Origin: Spirochaetia bacterium
GTDB taxonomy: Bacteria; Spirochaetota; Spirochaetia; SZUA-6; Bin103
Length of the DNA stretch: 64,000 nt
Assembly (NCBI GenBank): GCA_965199955.1
Contig: CBDATQ010000002.1
Location: forward strand, 224,001 to 288,000
Direction: 5' to 3'
A program made the position numbers and the translations under genes. Position 1 is the stretch's first letter, and the number at the start of each line of letters is the position of its first letter. The notes under the pieces were generated by a model. It was not told where the DNA came from and made no database searches. It saw only the letters and a program-made list of their open reading frames with translations. Below, in pieces: positions 50,011 through 59,078 of this stretch.

Positions 50011-51762
50011 ATGCAGAACGAGAAAGCCGGAGCGCGCGCCAGCGTTCGCTTCGAGCCCGACGACAAGCCGCCGAAGCTTCTGACCTTCGGCTTGGGCCTG
50101 CAGCTCGCCATCCTCTGCCTGGGCGGGATCGTGCTCACGCCGGCCATCGTCGTCCGGGCCGCCGGCGGTGGCGACTCGTACCTCTCCTGGGCCGTGTTCG
50201 GGGCGGTCGCGGTCAGTGGTGTCACCACCGCGCTGCAGGCGCTTCGGGTGGGCAGGATCGGGGCCGGCTACGTGCTCCTGATGGGCACGTCTGGGGCCTT
50301 CATCGCCGTCTCCGTCGCGGCGCTCGCCCAGGGAGGGCCGGCGATGCTCGCCACCCTGGTCGTGATCTCGGCGCTGTTTCAGTTCGTGCTCGCCGCGAGG
50401 CTCTCGCTGTTGCGGCGCATTCTGACCCCGACGGTGGCGGGGACGGTGATCATGCTGATCGCGGTCACGGTGATGCCCATCGTCTTCGATACGCTGGCGG
50501 ACGTGCTGGAGAGCGCTCCGCCTCTGTCCGCGCCGCTGAGCGCCCTCGTTACCGTGCTGGTGATCACCGGACTCGCGTTGAAGGCCACGGGATCGCTCCG
50601 CCTCTGGGCACCCGTCATCGGCGTGGTCGTCGGCTCGGTGGTCGCCGGCCTGTTCGGCCTCTACGACATGGCATCGGTGGCCGGCGCCGGGTGGGTCGGC
50701 GTTCCGGCAGGCGGCTGGCCCGGCTTCGACCTGAGCTTCGGGCCGGTTTTCTGGGCGCTCCTGCCGGCCTTCGTGTTCGTGACGCTGGTCGGCGCGATCG
50801 AGACCATCGGCGACGGCGCCGCCATCCAGCGCGTGTCGTGGCGGCGGCCGCGGGCGGTGGACTTCCGCGCCGTGCAGGGCGCGGTGTCCGCCGACGGCGC
50901 GGGCAACCTGTTGTCAGGCCTGGTCGGTACGGTGCCGAACACGACGTATTCGACCAGCATCGCGGTGACCGAGCTCACCGGCGTGGGGGCGCGCGGCGTC
51001 GGGGTCGCTATCGGGGCGATCTTCGTCGCGCTGGCGTTCCTGCCCAAGGCGCTGGCGGTGGTGCTGGCGATTCCGGGGCCGGTGGCCGCGGCGTACATCA
51101 CGGTGCTGCTGGCGATGCTGTTCGTCACCGGCATGAAGATGGTCATCCAGGACGGGATCGACTACCGCAAGGGACTGGTGGTCGGGGTCTCGTTCTGGGC
51201 CGGCGTCGGCTTCCAGAGCGGCGTGATCTTCCCCGAGTACTTCGCACAGGTGGCCGGCGGATTGCTGCAGAACGGCATGACGGCCGGCGGCCTGGTGGCC
51301 ATCTTGATGACCCTGTTCATGGAGCTGACCTCGCCCCGCCGCCGCCGGATCGAGGTGCGGACCGACCTCGCCGACCTGCCGAAGATCAGGGAGTTCCTGG
51401 GCGCGTTCGCATCCCGCAACGGATGGGATGAGGCGATGGCCGGGCGGCTTGACGCCGCCGGCGAGGAGACGGTGCTGTCGCTGATCGGGGAGGAGGAAGA
51501 CGGCGAGCGCGAGGCGCGGCGTCTGCTGCTGGTCGCCCACAAGCAGGATGGAGGGGCGGTGCTGGAGTTCGTCGCCACCACCGGCCACGAGAACCTGCAG
51601 GACCGGATCGCGTTGCTAGACCCGCGCTCGGCCGAGGTCCCGGACGAGCGCGAGACGTCGCTGCGGCTCCTGCGGCACATCGCCACGTCGGTGCGCCACG
51701 AGCAGTACCACGGCACCGAGATCGTGACCGTGCGCGTGGACGGGCCGCAGCGGGCGCGGTAG
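50011..51762 (+). CDS. NCS2 (xanthine/uracil/ascorbate) permease with extra C-terminal cytoplasmic domain
   Basis: LGLQ, LMGTSGAF, ETIGD, ADG.GN, PNTTYS; about 140-aa soluble tail. Confidence 0.85.
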   Translation: MQNEKAGARASVRFEPDDKPPKLLTFGLGLQLAILCLGGIVLTPAIVVRAAGGGDSYLSWAVFGAVAVSGVTTALQALRVGRIGAGYVLLMGTSGAFIAVSVAALAQGGPAMLATLVVISALFQFVLAARLSLLRRILTPTVAGTVIMLIAVTVMPIVFDTLADVLESAPPLSAPLSALVTVLVITGLALKATGSLRLWAPVIGVVVGSVVAGLFGLYDMASVAGAGWVGVPAGGWPGFDLSFGPVFWALLPAFVFVTLVGAIETIGDGAAIQRVSWRRPRAVDFRAVQGAVSADGAGNLLSGLVGTVPNTTYSTSIAVTELTGVGARGVGVAIGAIFVALAFLPKALAVVLAIPGPVAAAYITVLLAMLFVTGMKMVIQDGIDYRKGLVVGVSFWAGVGFQSGVIFPEYFAQVAGGLLQNGMTAGGLVAILMTLFMELTSPRRRRIEVRTDLADLPKIREFLGAFASRNGWDEAMAGRLDAAGEETVLSLIGEEEDGEREARRLLLVAHKQDGGAVLEFVATTGHENLQDRIALLDPRSAEVPDERETSLRLLRHIATSVRHEQYHGTEIVTVRVDGPQRAR

Positions 51763-51763
51763 C

Positions 51764-52440
51764 TCACCAGTTGGTAAAGGCGCCGTCCTCACGGGACAGG
51801 CGGGGCGGCCAGTCGGTGGCCGTGACCGTCGAGGCCGCCGCCACCTCCAGGTCCATGTCCACCCCGAGGCCGGGAGTGTCGGGGGCGAAGGCGAAGCCGT
51901 CCTGCCAGCCGATCTGTTGCGGGAACAGCGCCTGGGAGAAGGTGCCGGGGCGCTGCGGCATCTCCAGGACGCCGACGTTGGTGGAGGCCATGCACAGCGC
52001 CGTGCAGGCGGCGGCGCTGACCGGCCCCTGCGGATTGTGCGGGGCGATGTCGATGTAGTGGGTCTCCGCCCAGTGGGTGATCTTGAGCGCCTCGGTCAGG
52101 CCGCCGACGATGCACACGTCGATGCGCGCGTAGTTGATCAGCTCCTCCTCGATCACTTCCCGGAACGGCCACTTGGACGCCCACTGCTCCCCCGCCGCGA
52201 TCGGCAGCGAGACGTGGCGCGCCAGCGTCCGGTAGGTGGCCGGGTTCTCGGACCTGATCGGGTCCTCGATGAAGAACGGGTGGAACTCCTCCAGCCACCG
52301 GCACATGCGGATCACGTGCGGCGGGTCGAGCCGGGTGTGCACGTCGAAGCAGAGCTCGATCGCAGGGCCCGCCGCCTCATGTATCGCGCGCATCTGCTCG
52401 ACGGCGATCGCCACCGACTTGTGCGGGTCGAGCACGGCGC
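51764..52440 (-). pseudogene. 5'-truncated galactonate-dehydratase-like gene
   Basis: FDVHTRL, FFIEDPIR, GEQ, APHNP.GP, PGLG, DGAFTNW; N-terminal half replaced by PKS sequence on the opposite strand. Confidence 0.8.
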
Positions 52441-52688
52441 TGCGGGGTGCCTCGGCGTACCGCGAGGCGGTCGTCTTCCGCGATGCCGTCGAACTGCGCG
52501 ACCGGCTGCAGTCGCTGGCTTCCGCGGACTCCGGAGCGGAACGGGAGCCGCGGCAGGCTGCGAAGATGGCGTTCGCGTACACGGGCCGGAACGGCGCGTG
52601 GAATTCCGGGGCGCGGGAGCTGTACGAGCGCGAGCCGGTGGCACGGGCGGTGCTCGACCGGTGCGAGGCGGTGCTGCAGGAAGCTAGT
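52441..52688 (+). pseudogene. Type I PKS acyltransferase remnant, part 1 (interrupted by IS)
   Basis: YREAVVFRD..LRDRLQSLA..KMAFAYTG..ELYEREPVARAVLDRCEAVLQEAS. Confidence 0.75.
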
Positions 52689-54650
52689 CCGAAGTTCCAG
52701 AGCCGAAATTGACGTAACTATTTGAAGCAATGGCAGTTACCGCATTTTGGAGGTGCAATGTGTAGCCACGAGTGTAGTTGACGCTCGTTCCTCTTTCTGC
52801 TATCCTGGCAACTATGCCCAGCAGACAGGGACCCGTGCATGTAGCCACCACTACGCGCCGCCATGGCAACCGGACCTACCACACCCACCTGCTGCGCCGT
52901 ACCTTCCGCCAGGACGGAAAGATCAAGCACGAAACCCTCGGCAACATCTCCCATCTCCCCGATCACGTCATCGATCTGATCCGCAGAGCCCTCAAGGGCG
53001 AACCGCTGGTCAACCCCAAAGACGCGTTCGACTGCCTGCGCAGCCTCCCCCACGGCCATGTCGCCGCCGTGCTGGGCATCCTCAAGCAGCTCGGACTCCA
53101 TACCCTCATCGCCCGCAAGGCCAGCCGCTCGCGCGAGCTGGTCATCGCCATGATCACCGCCCGCGTCATCGACGCGCAGTCCAAGCTGGCCACCGCCCGC
53201 GCGCTATCACCGCCGAGCGCGGCGTCAACCCTCGGCGAGGCGTTGCGGCTGGGCGAGGTCGATGAGAACGAGCTCTACGAGGCGATGGACTGGTTGGTCG
53301 GGCGCCAGGCGGCGATCGAGGACCGCCTGGCTGAACAGCACCTCAGCGAGCACACGCTGGTGCTCTACGACGTGAGCTCGACCTACTTCGAGGGCAGCCA
53401 CTGCGAGCTGGCGCAGTTGGGACACAGCCGTGACGGCAAGTCGGGCACGCTGCAGATCGTGTTCGGGCTGCTGTGCACCCAGGAAGGCTGTCCGGTGGCG
53501 GTGGAAGTCTTGCCTGGCTCTACCGCCGACCCGAAGACGGTGAGCGCGCAGGTGGACAAGATCCGCACCCGCTTCGGACTCACGCGGGTGGTGCTGGTCG
53601 GCGACCGCGGGATGCTGAGCGCGGCGAGGATCCGCGAGGACCTGCAAGAGGTGGAGGGGCTGCGCTGGATCACCACGCTGCGCGCGCCGACGATCCGCAA
53701 GCTGGTGGCCGCCGGTGAGGTGGCGCCGTCGTTGTTCGACGAGCGCGACCTGGCCGAGATCACCAGCGAGGAGTTTCCGGGCGAGCGGCTGATCGTGTGC
53801 CGCAACCCGTTGCTGGCCGACGAACGGAAGCGCAAGCGCCAGGAGCTGCTACAGGCCACCGAGCAGAAGCTGGCCCCGATCGCTCAGGCCACCCAGCGCG
53901 TCCATCAGCCGCTACGGGGCGAGGCCGAGATCGGCATGCGGGTCGGCAAGGTGATCAATCACTACAAGGTGGGCAAGCACTTCGTGACCGAGATCACCTC
54001 CGAGTCGTTCAGCTTTCGGCGCGATGAGCACAAGATCGCCGCCGAGCAGGCGCTGGACGGGCTGTACATCGTGCGCAGCAACGTGGAGCCGCAGGTGCTC
54101 GACGCGGCGCAGACGGTGCGCGCCTACAAGGGGCTGTCGAAGGTGGAGCGGGCGTTTCGGTGCATGAAGTCCGTGGACCTGAAGGTGCGCCCGATTCACC
54201 ACCGGCGCGCCGATCGGGTGCGGGCGCACGTGCTGCTGTGCATGCTGGCCTACTACGTGGAGTGGCACATGCGGCGCTCGCTGGCGCCGTTGCTGTTCGA
54301 CGATCACGATCGACAGGGCGCCGAGCGCAAGCGGGTCTCCGAAGTGGCGCCGGCGCAGCGATCGGCGGCCGCGGCGGCCAAGGCGTCGAGCAAGCGCACC
54401 GAGGACGGGCTGCCGGTGCACAGCTTTCGGACGTTGATCGACGAACTGGGCACCCTGACGGCGAACACGATGCGAATCGCCGACGGCGAAAGCACATTCA
54501 CGCTGCACACGCACCCGACGCCGGTTCAGCAGCGCTGTTTCGAGCTGCTTGGGATCAAATCCCGCGTGTAGCCACGCACGCGACCCTGAGGAATCAAGGT
54601 AACTATCATGATCACAAAGACTTCAGAGCATTTCGCTCCTGGAACTTCGG
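52689..54650 (+). mobile_element. IS1634-family insertion sequence, copy 2 (1962 bp) with 6-bp target duplication GCTAGT
   Basis: GCTAGT at 52683-52688 and 54651-54656; same IRs as copy 1; the interrupted reading frame rejoins as EAS|GASLLD. Confidence 0.95.
52814..54571 (+). CDS. IS1634-family DDE transposase
   Basis: As copy 1; TTGACG-17-TATCCT promoter 7 nt before ATG 52814. Confidence 0.95.
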   Translation: MPSRQGPVHVATTTRRHGNRTYHTHLLRRTFRQDGKIKHETLGNISHLPDHVIDLIRRALKGEPLVNPKDAFDCLRSLPHGHVAAVLGILKQLGLHTLIARKASRSRELVIAMITARVIDAQSKLATARALSPPSAASTLGEALRLGEVDENELYEAMDWLVGRQAAIEDRLAEQHLSEHTLVLYDVSSTYFEGSHCELAQLGHSRDGKSGTLQIVFGLLCTQEGCPVAVEVLPGSTADPKTVSAQVDKIRTRFGLTRVVLVGDRGMLSAARIREDLQEVEGLRWITTLRAPTIRKLVAAGEVAPSLFDERDLAEITSEEFPGERLIVCRNPLLADERKRKRQELLQATEQKLAPIAQATQRVHQPLRGEAEIGMRVGKVINHYKVGKHFVTEITSESFSFRRDEHKIAAEQALDGLYIVRSNVEPQVLDAAQTVRAYKGLSKVERAFRCMKSVDLKVRPIHHRRADRVRAHVLLCMLAYYVEWHMRRSLAPLLFDDHDRQGAERKRVSEVAPAQRSAAAAAKASSKRTEDGLPVHSFRTLIDELGTLTANTMRIADGESTFTLHTHPTPVQQRCFELLGIKSRV

Positions 54651-54856
54651 GCTAGTGGCGCCTCGCTGCTGGACGCGTTGTTCGGGAACGCCGGCACGAC
54701 GGAACCGGACGACCGGTCGTGGGTCCGGCTGGCCGGGTATGCGCGCGGTGTGCGCTGACCGCGTTGTGGTCGGCCGTCGGGATCCGCCCGCAGGCCGTTC
54801 TCCGGGAGGGGTCCGGGCAGCTCGCGGCGGCATGGGCGGCGGGCGCGTTCGACTGG
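54651..54856 (+). pseudogene. Type I PKS acyltransferase remnant, part 2
   Basis: ASGASLLDALFG (frameshift) CALTALWSAVGIRPQAVLREGSGQLAAAWAAGAF; GHS active-site motif lost. Confidence 0.75.
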
Positions 54857-55179
54857 CAATCAACAACCGCCAGGTCGTGCACGGCTCGTTCGCCAACGTG
54901 TCCGAGTCCCTGCGGGTGACGTTTGGTGTTCGGCTTCTACTCGCGCGCCTCCGTGCTCGGGGTGGTCCGGGGAAATCCGCCCAGGCCGTACGATGCCGCG
55001 CGCATCCATGACCGTTCTCGCATCATCCCGCTTGCCGTCGATGCGCGGCGCCAGCGATATCCGCAGGAACGCCCGTACCGGTACGGGCCGCTGGCCGGAG
55101 AGTTGGACGACAACCGCTGGAGCGATTCCACCCGCGAGTCGATTCTGAAGAACTAGACACGCGGACGATGTTCATCTGA
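54857..55179 (+). pseudogene. C-terminal fragment of a PhyH-family dioxygenase
   Basis: NRQVVHGSFAN.S..RVT (frameshift) FGF..RASVLG..YDAARIHDRSR.I..A.DARRQRYP. Confidence 0.65.
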
Positions 55180-55906
55180 AGGGCGCTTCGCGGGCCGGGA
55201 AGTGGTGGTACCGGTCCCGGCCTCGCACCAGGACCGGTTCGTGCAGCCCGCCGTAGGAGTCGGGGCTGACCTGCCTGACCGCGGGTGAGATGTAGCGGGC
55301 CACCAGTCCGCAGCGCCGCCGCGTCGAGCGGTTGGGGTTGCTGGCATGCACGAGCCGGCCGTGGTGGACGGACATCTGGCCGGCGCGCAGCTCCAGGTCG
55401 ACCGCGCCGGTCGTGTCGAGCTGGTCGTCCGGGATCTCCTGGTTGATCGACAGCAGGTTGCCGGCCCGCTCGGCGGTGCCGTGCGCCTTGACGCCCTCGC
55501 GGTGGGAGCGCGGCAGCACCCGCATGCAGCCGTTGGCGGCGTCGCTGTCGTCGATCGCGATCCAGGCGCTGTGCGCCTCGGCCGGCTCCAGGCCCCAGTA
55601 GGTGACGTCCTGGTGCCACGCGACGTAGGAGCCGGCGTCCGGGTCGGGCTGCTTGTTGAAGAAATGGGTGCCGAGCAGCATCACGTCCGGGCCCACCACG
55701 TGCTCCATGACGTCCAGCACGCGCGGATCGGTGGCCAGCCGCCACACGAACTCGTCCTGGAAGTGGCGGGCATGCAGGCCGATCTGGCGCTGTTCGGCCG
55801 GGACCGAGCGCTCGAGCTCGTCGAAGGCACGCCGGGCGGCGGCAACCTCGTCCCCGTCCAGCACGTCGATCCCGGTCAGGAAGCCGGCGTCCTCGTAGCG
55901 GGTCAT
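55172..55906 (-). CDS. PhyH family dioxygenase
   Basis: YEDAGF, VAWHQD.TYWGL, NGCMRVLPRSH, HHGRLVHAS.PN.S.RRR. Confidence 0.92.
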   Translation of the reverse strand: MTRYEDAGFLTGIDVLDGDEVAAARRAFDELERSVPAEQRQIGLHARHFQDEFVWRLATDPRVLDVMEHVVGPDVMLLGTHFFNKQPDPDAGSYVAWHQDVTYWGLEPAEAHSAWIAIDDSDAANGCMRVLPRSHREGVKAHGTAERAGNLLSINQEIPDDQLDTTGAVDLELRAGQMSVHHGRLVHASNPNRSTRRRCGLVARYISPAVRQVSPDSYGGLHEPVLVRGRDRYHHFPAREAPFR

Positions 55907-57084
55907 ACGATCCGCCGCAGGCCGTCGGCGAGCCGGTCCAGCGCCTCCGCAAGGGTCGCGTCGTCCGGCGCGGCGTAGGCGATGCGCAGGTAGCAGCCCT
56001 CGGTCAGCCCGAACGCCGCTCCCGGCACGGCCGCGACGCCGTGCTCGGTGATCAGCCGCGAGGCGACCTCCACCGAGTCGGCGCCGGTGGCCACGCGCGC
56101 CAGCGCGTAGAATGCGCCGCGGGTGGCGGGCACCTCCACCAGAGGCGCCAGCTCGCCTAGCGCCCGCAGGACCGCCGATCGCCGTGCGGCGATCCTGGCA
56201 AGATATCCGCGGCAGTAGTCGACGCCTGCGTCCAGCGCCGCGCACGCCGCATACTGCGAGACTATGGGCGGGCAGATGGCGACGGTGTCCTGGATCTTGG
56301 CGGCCGCGTCGCTCAGGTGCGCGGGCAGGCTCAGGTAGCCGACCCGCCAGCTCGCGAACCCGTACGCCTTGGACAGCGAGAACAGGGAGATCGTGTGCTC
56401 GCCGGCATCCGGCAGCGACCCCGGCGAGAAGTGCTCGGCGCCGTCGTGGAGGAAGTACTCGTACGCCTCGTCGTGGACGTGGTAGGCGCCGCGCTCGGCG
56501 CACAGGCGGTTCAGCTCGCGCAGGTCCGCCTCCGGATAGACGGCGCCGGACGGGTTGTTCGGGGAGATCGTCACGACCGCGCGCGTGCGGTCCGTGATCG
56601 CACCGGCCGCGGCGTCCAGGTCGAGCTGGAAGTCGGCGTCGGTCGCGACCAGCACCGGACGGCAGCCCGCCATGGTCACCGCCATCTCGTGGTTGAAGTA
56701 GTACGGGGACATCAGCACCACCTCGTCCCCCTCGTCGCAGGTCGCCAGCAGCGCGTTGACGAACGCCATGTTGCCGCCGGCCGACACCATCAGCTCGTGC
56801 TCGTCGCCGATGGCGATCCCGTTCTCGCGCGCGAGCTTGGCGGCGATGCGCTCGCGCAGAGCCGGGATGCCGTATACGGAGGCGTACTTGTGGTTGGCCG
56901 GGTCGGCCATGAAGCGGTCCAGCGCCTCCGGCACGCCCGGCGGCGGCGGGTATCCGACCACGCCCTGCCCCAGGGAGATGGTGCCCGGGTTGTCGGCGAT
57001 CAGCCGGTGGATGCGCGGGATGATCGGCGGCTGCACGCGCCGCATGCGCTCGGATTGGACGAATGTCGTCTGAAGGGTCTGCAC
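55903..57084 (-). CDS. PLP-dependent aminotransferase class I/II
   Basis: ISLGQG, SPNNPSG, DEAY, SLSKAYGFASWRVG. Confidence 0.93.
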   Translation of the reverse strand: MQTLQTTFVQSERMRRVQPPIIPRIHRLIADNPGTISLGQGVVGYPPPPGVPEALDRFMADPANHKYASVYGIPALRERIAAKLARENGIAIGDEHELMVSAGGNMAFVNALLATCDEGDEVVLMSPYYFNHEMAVTMAGCRPVLVATDADFQLDLDAAAGAITDRTRAVVTISPNNPSGAVYPEADLRELNRLCAERGAYHVHDEAYEYFLHDGAEHFSPGSLPDAGEHTISLFSLSKAYGFASWRVGYLSLPAHLSDAAAKIQDTVAICPPIVSQYAACAALDAGVDYCRGYLARIAARRSAVLRALGELAPLVEVPATRGAFYALARVATGADSVEVASRLITEHGVAAVPGAAFGLTEGCYLRIAYAAPDDATLAEALDRLADGLRRIV

Positions 57085-57125
57085 CGCCTTAGTATACTGA
57101 CGGCGAAAGGGGGAACGGAGAACGA

Positions 57126-58001
57126 ATGGCAGGAAAGATCGGCTGGATCGGCACCGGGGTGATGGGGCGCTCGATGTGCCTGCATCTGCGCAAGGCCGGC
57201 TACGAGATGGCGGTCTACAACCGCTCGAAGGACAAGGCGCAGGATCTGCTGGACGCGGGCGCCGTCTGGTGCGACACGCCGGCCGGCGTGGCCGACGGCA
57301 GTGAGGCGGTGTTCAGCATCGTCGGCTACCCGCGTGACGTGGAAGAGGTGTTCCTGGGCTCGGGCGGCGTGCTTGCCGCGACCGCGAGCGGCAGCATGGT
57401 GATCGACATGACCACCTCGGAGCCGGCACTGGCCAAGCGGCTGCACGAACAGGCGGCAGAGCGCGGCGTGGCCTCCCTGGACGCTCCGGTTTCCGGCGGT
57501 GACCTGGGCGCGCGCGCCGGCACGCTGGCGATCATGGTCGGCGGCGACCGCGCCGACTACCACCGCGCCATGCCGTATTTCGAGATCATGGGCGAGAACA
57601 TCGCCTACATGGGCTCGGCCGGCGCGGGACAGCACACCAAGATGAGCAACCAGATCCTGATCGCCTCCACCATGGTGGGGGTGGTCGAGTCGCTGCTGTA
57701 CGGGCACAAGGCGGGGCTGGACCGCGATGAGATCATCGCCGTCATCGGCAAGGGCGCGGCGAGCTGCTTCGCCATCAACAACCTGGCCCCGCGCATCGTC
57801 AAGGGCGACTTCGAGCCCGGCTTCTACATCAAGCACTTCGTCAAGGACATGGGCATCGCCCTCGCCGAGGCGCAGGCGATGCGGCTGGCGCTGCCGGGAC
57901 TGTCGCTGGCCAACCAGTTCTACACGGCGGCGATGGCCGAAGGCCTGGAAGACCGCGGCACGCAGGCGCTGTACAAGGTGCTGGAGCGCCTGAGCAGCTG
58001 A
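57126..58001 (+). CDS. 3-hydroxyisobutyrate dehydrogenase-family NAD(P)-dependent oxidoreductase
   Basis: IGWIGTGVMG, DAPVSGGD.GA, GAGQHTK..NQ, HFVKDM. Confidence 0.93.
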   Translation: MAGKIGWIGTGVMGRSMCLHLRKAGYEMAVYNRSKDKAQDLLDAGAVWCDTPAGVADGSEAVFSIVGYPRDVEEVFLGSGGVLAATASGSMVIDMTTSEPALAKRLHEQAAERGVASLDAPVSGGDLGARAGTLAIMVGGDRADYHRAMPYFEIMGENIAYMGSAGAGQHTKMSNQILIASTMVGVVESLLYGHKAGLDRDEIIAVIGKGAASCFAINNLAPRIVKGDFEPGFYIKHFVKDMGIALAEAQAMRLALPGLSLANQFYTAAMAEGLEDRGTQALYKVLERLSS

Positions 58002-58028
58002 TCGCGGCCCCGCCGCAGGCAGGAGAAG

Positions 58029-59078
58029 GTGCGGGTCGAGACTGACGTTTCGCTGGCCGCAGGCAACACGCTGCGCGTGGCGGCAACGGCACGCTACCTG
58101 GTACGGGTCGGCGGCGGACCGCCCGACCGCCTGGCGCGCGAGCTTGCCGAGCTGCTTGACGATCCGCGCTTCGACCGCCTGCCGCGCATGGTGCTCGGCG
58201 GCGGCAGCAACGTTCTGTTCGCCGGCGACTACCCCGGCGTCGTGGTCATGCCGCGCTCAGGCGGCATCGCGGTACAGGAGGACTCGGAGTCGGCGATCGT
58301 GACGGCCGCCGCCGGTCACGACTGGCACCGGCTGGTGGGTTACACGGTGGCGCGCGGCTGGGGAGGACTCGAGAACCTCAGCCTGATCCCGGGGGCGGTG
58401 GGCGCGGCCCCGATCCAGAACATCGGCGCCTACGGCGCGCAACTCTCCGACGTGTTCGTCGACCTGCAGGCGGTGCCGCTGGACGGCGGCGAGCCGCGCA
58501 CCATGGACGGTGCCGCGTGCGCGTTCGGCTACCGGGACAGTGTCTTCAAGCACGGCCTGCGCGACCGGATGCTGATCACGCAAGTGCGTCTGCGTCTGCG
58601 CACGCGGCCGCGGCTGAACCTGGAATATGCCGGGGTGCGCACGGAGCTCGCGGGTATGGGGATCGCGGCACCCTCGGTCGCCGACGTGAGCCGGGCGGTC
58701 GTCCGCCTGCGCCGCCGCAAGCTGCCCGACCCGGAGCTCGAGCCCAACGCCGGCTCGTTCTTCAAGAATCCCGTGCTCGCGCCCGAACGCTACGAACGGG
58801 CGCGGCAGCGCTGTCCGCGGCTCGCCGGCGTGCCGGCCGGCGGAGGGTTCAAGGTACCGGCCGCGCAGTTGATCGAAGCTTGCGGTCTGCGCGGCCGCCG
58901 CTTCGGGCGTGCCGGCGTGGCGGAGCGCCATGCGCTGGTGCTGGTCAACCACGGTGGCGCCACCGGCGCCGAGCTGCTGGCGGCGGCGGTAGCGGTCGAG
59001 GCGGCGGTGATGGAGCGGTTCGAGGTGGGACTGGAACGCGAAGTGCGGGTGATCGGCGGCGAGGGAGGAGGTGCATGA
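58029..59078 (+). CDS. murB: UDP-N-acetylenolpyruvoylglucosamine reductase
   Basis: LGGGSNVLF, GLENLSLIPG.VGAAPIQNIGAYG, FGYRDSVFK, NAGSFFKNP, HALVLVN, LEREV. Confidence 0.95.
   Translation: MRVETDVSLAAGNTLRVAATARYLVRVGGGPPDRLARELAELLDDPRFDRLPRMVLGGGSNVLFAGDYPGVVVMPRSGGIAVQEDSESAIVTAAAGHDWHRLVGYTVARGWGGLENLSLIPGAVGAAPIQNIGAYGAQLSDVFVDLQAVPLDGGEPRTMDGAACAFGYRDSVFKHGLRDRMLITQVRLRLRTRPRLNLEYAGVRTELAGMGIAAPSVADVSRAVVRLRRRKLPDPELEPNAGSFFKNPVLAPERYERARQRCPRLAGVPAGGGFKVPAAQLIEACGLRGRRFGRAGVAERHALVLVNHGGATGAELLAAAVAVEAAVMERFEVGLEREVRVIGGEGGGA

Noticed and set aside
41870..54650. Composite transposon inserted as a single unit
   Set aside because: Copy 2 has its own 6-bp duplication and splits a contiguous PKS frame; the outer flanks ACTAGC and GCTAGT are inverted, not direct, repeats.
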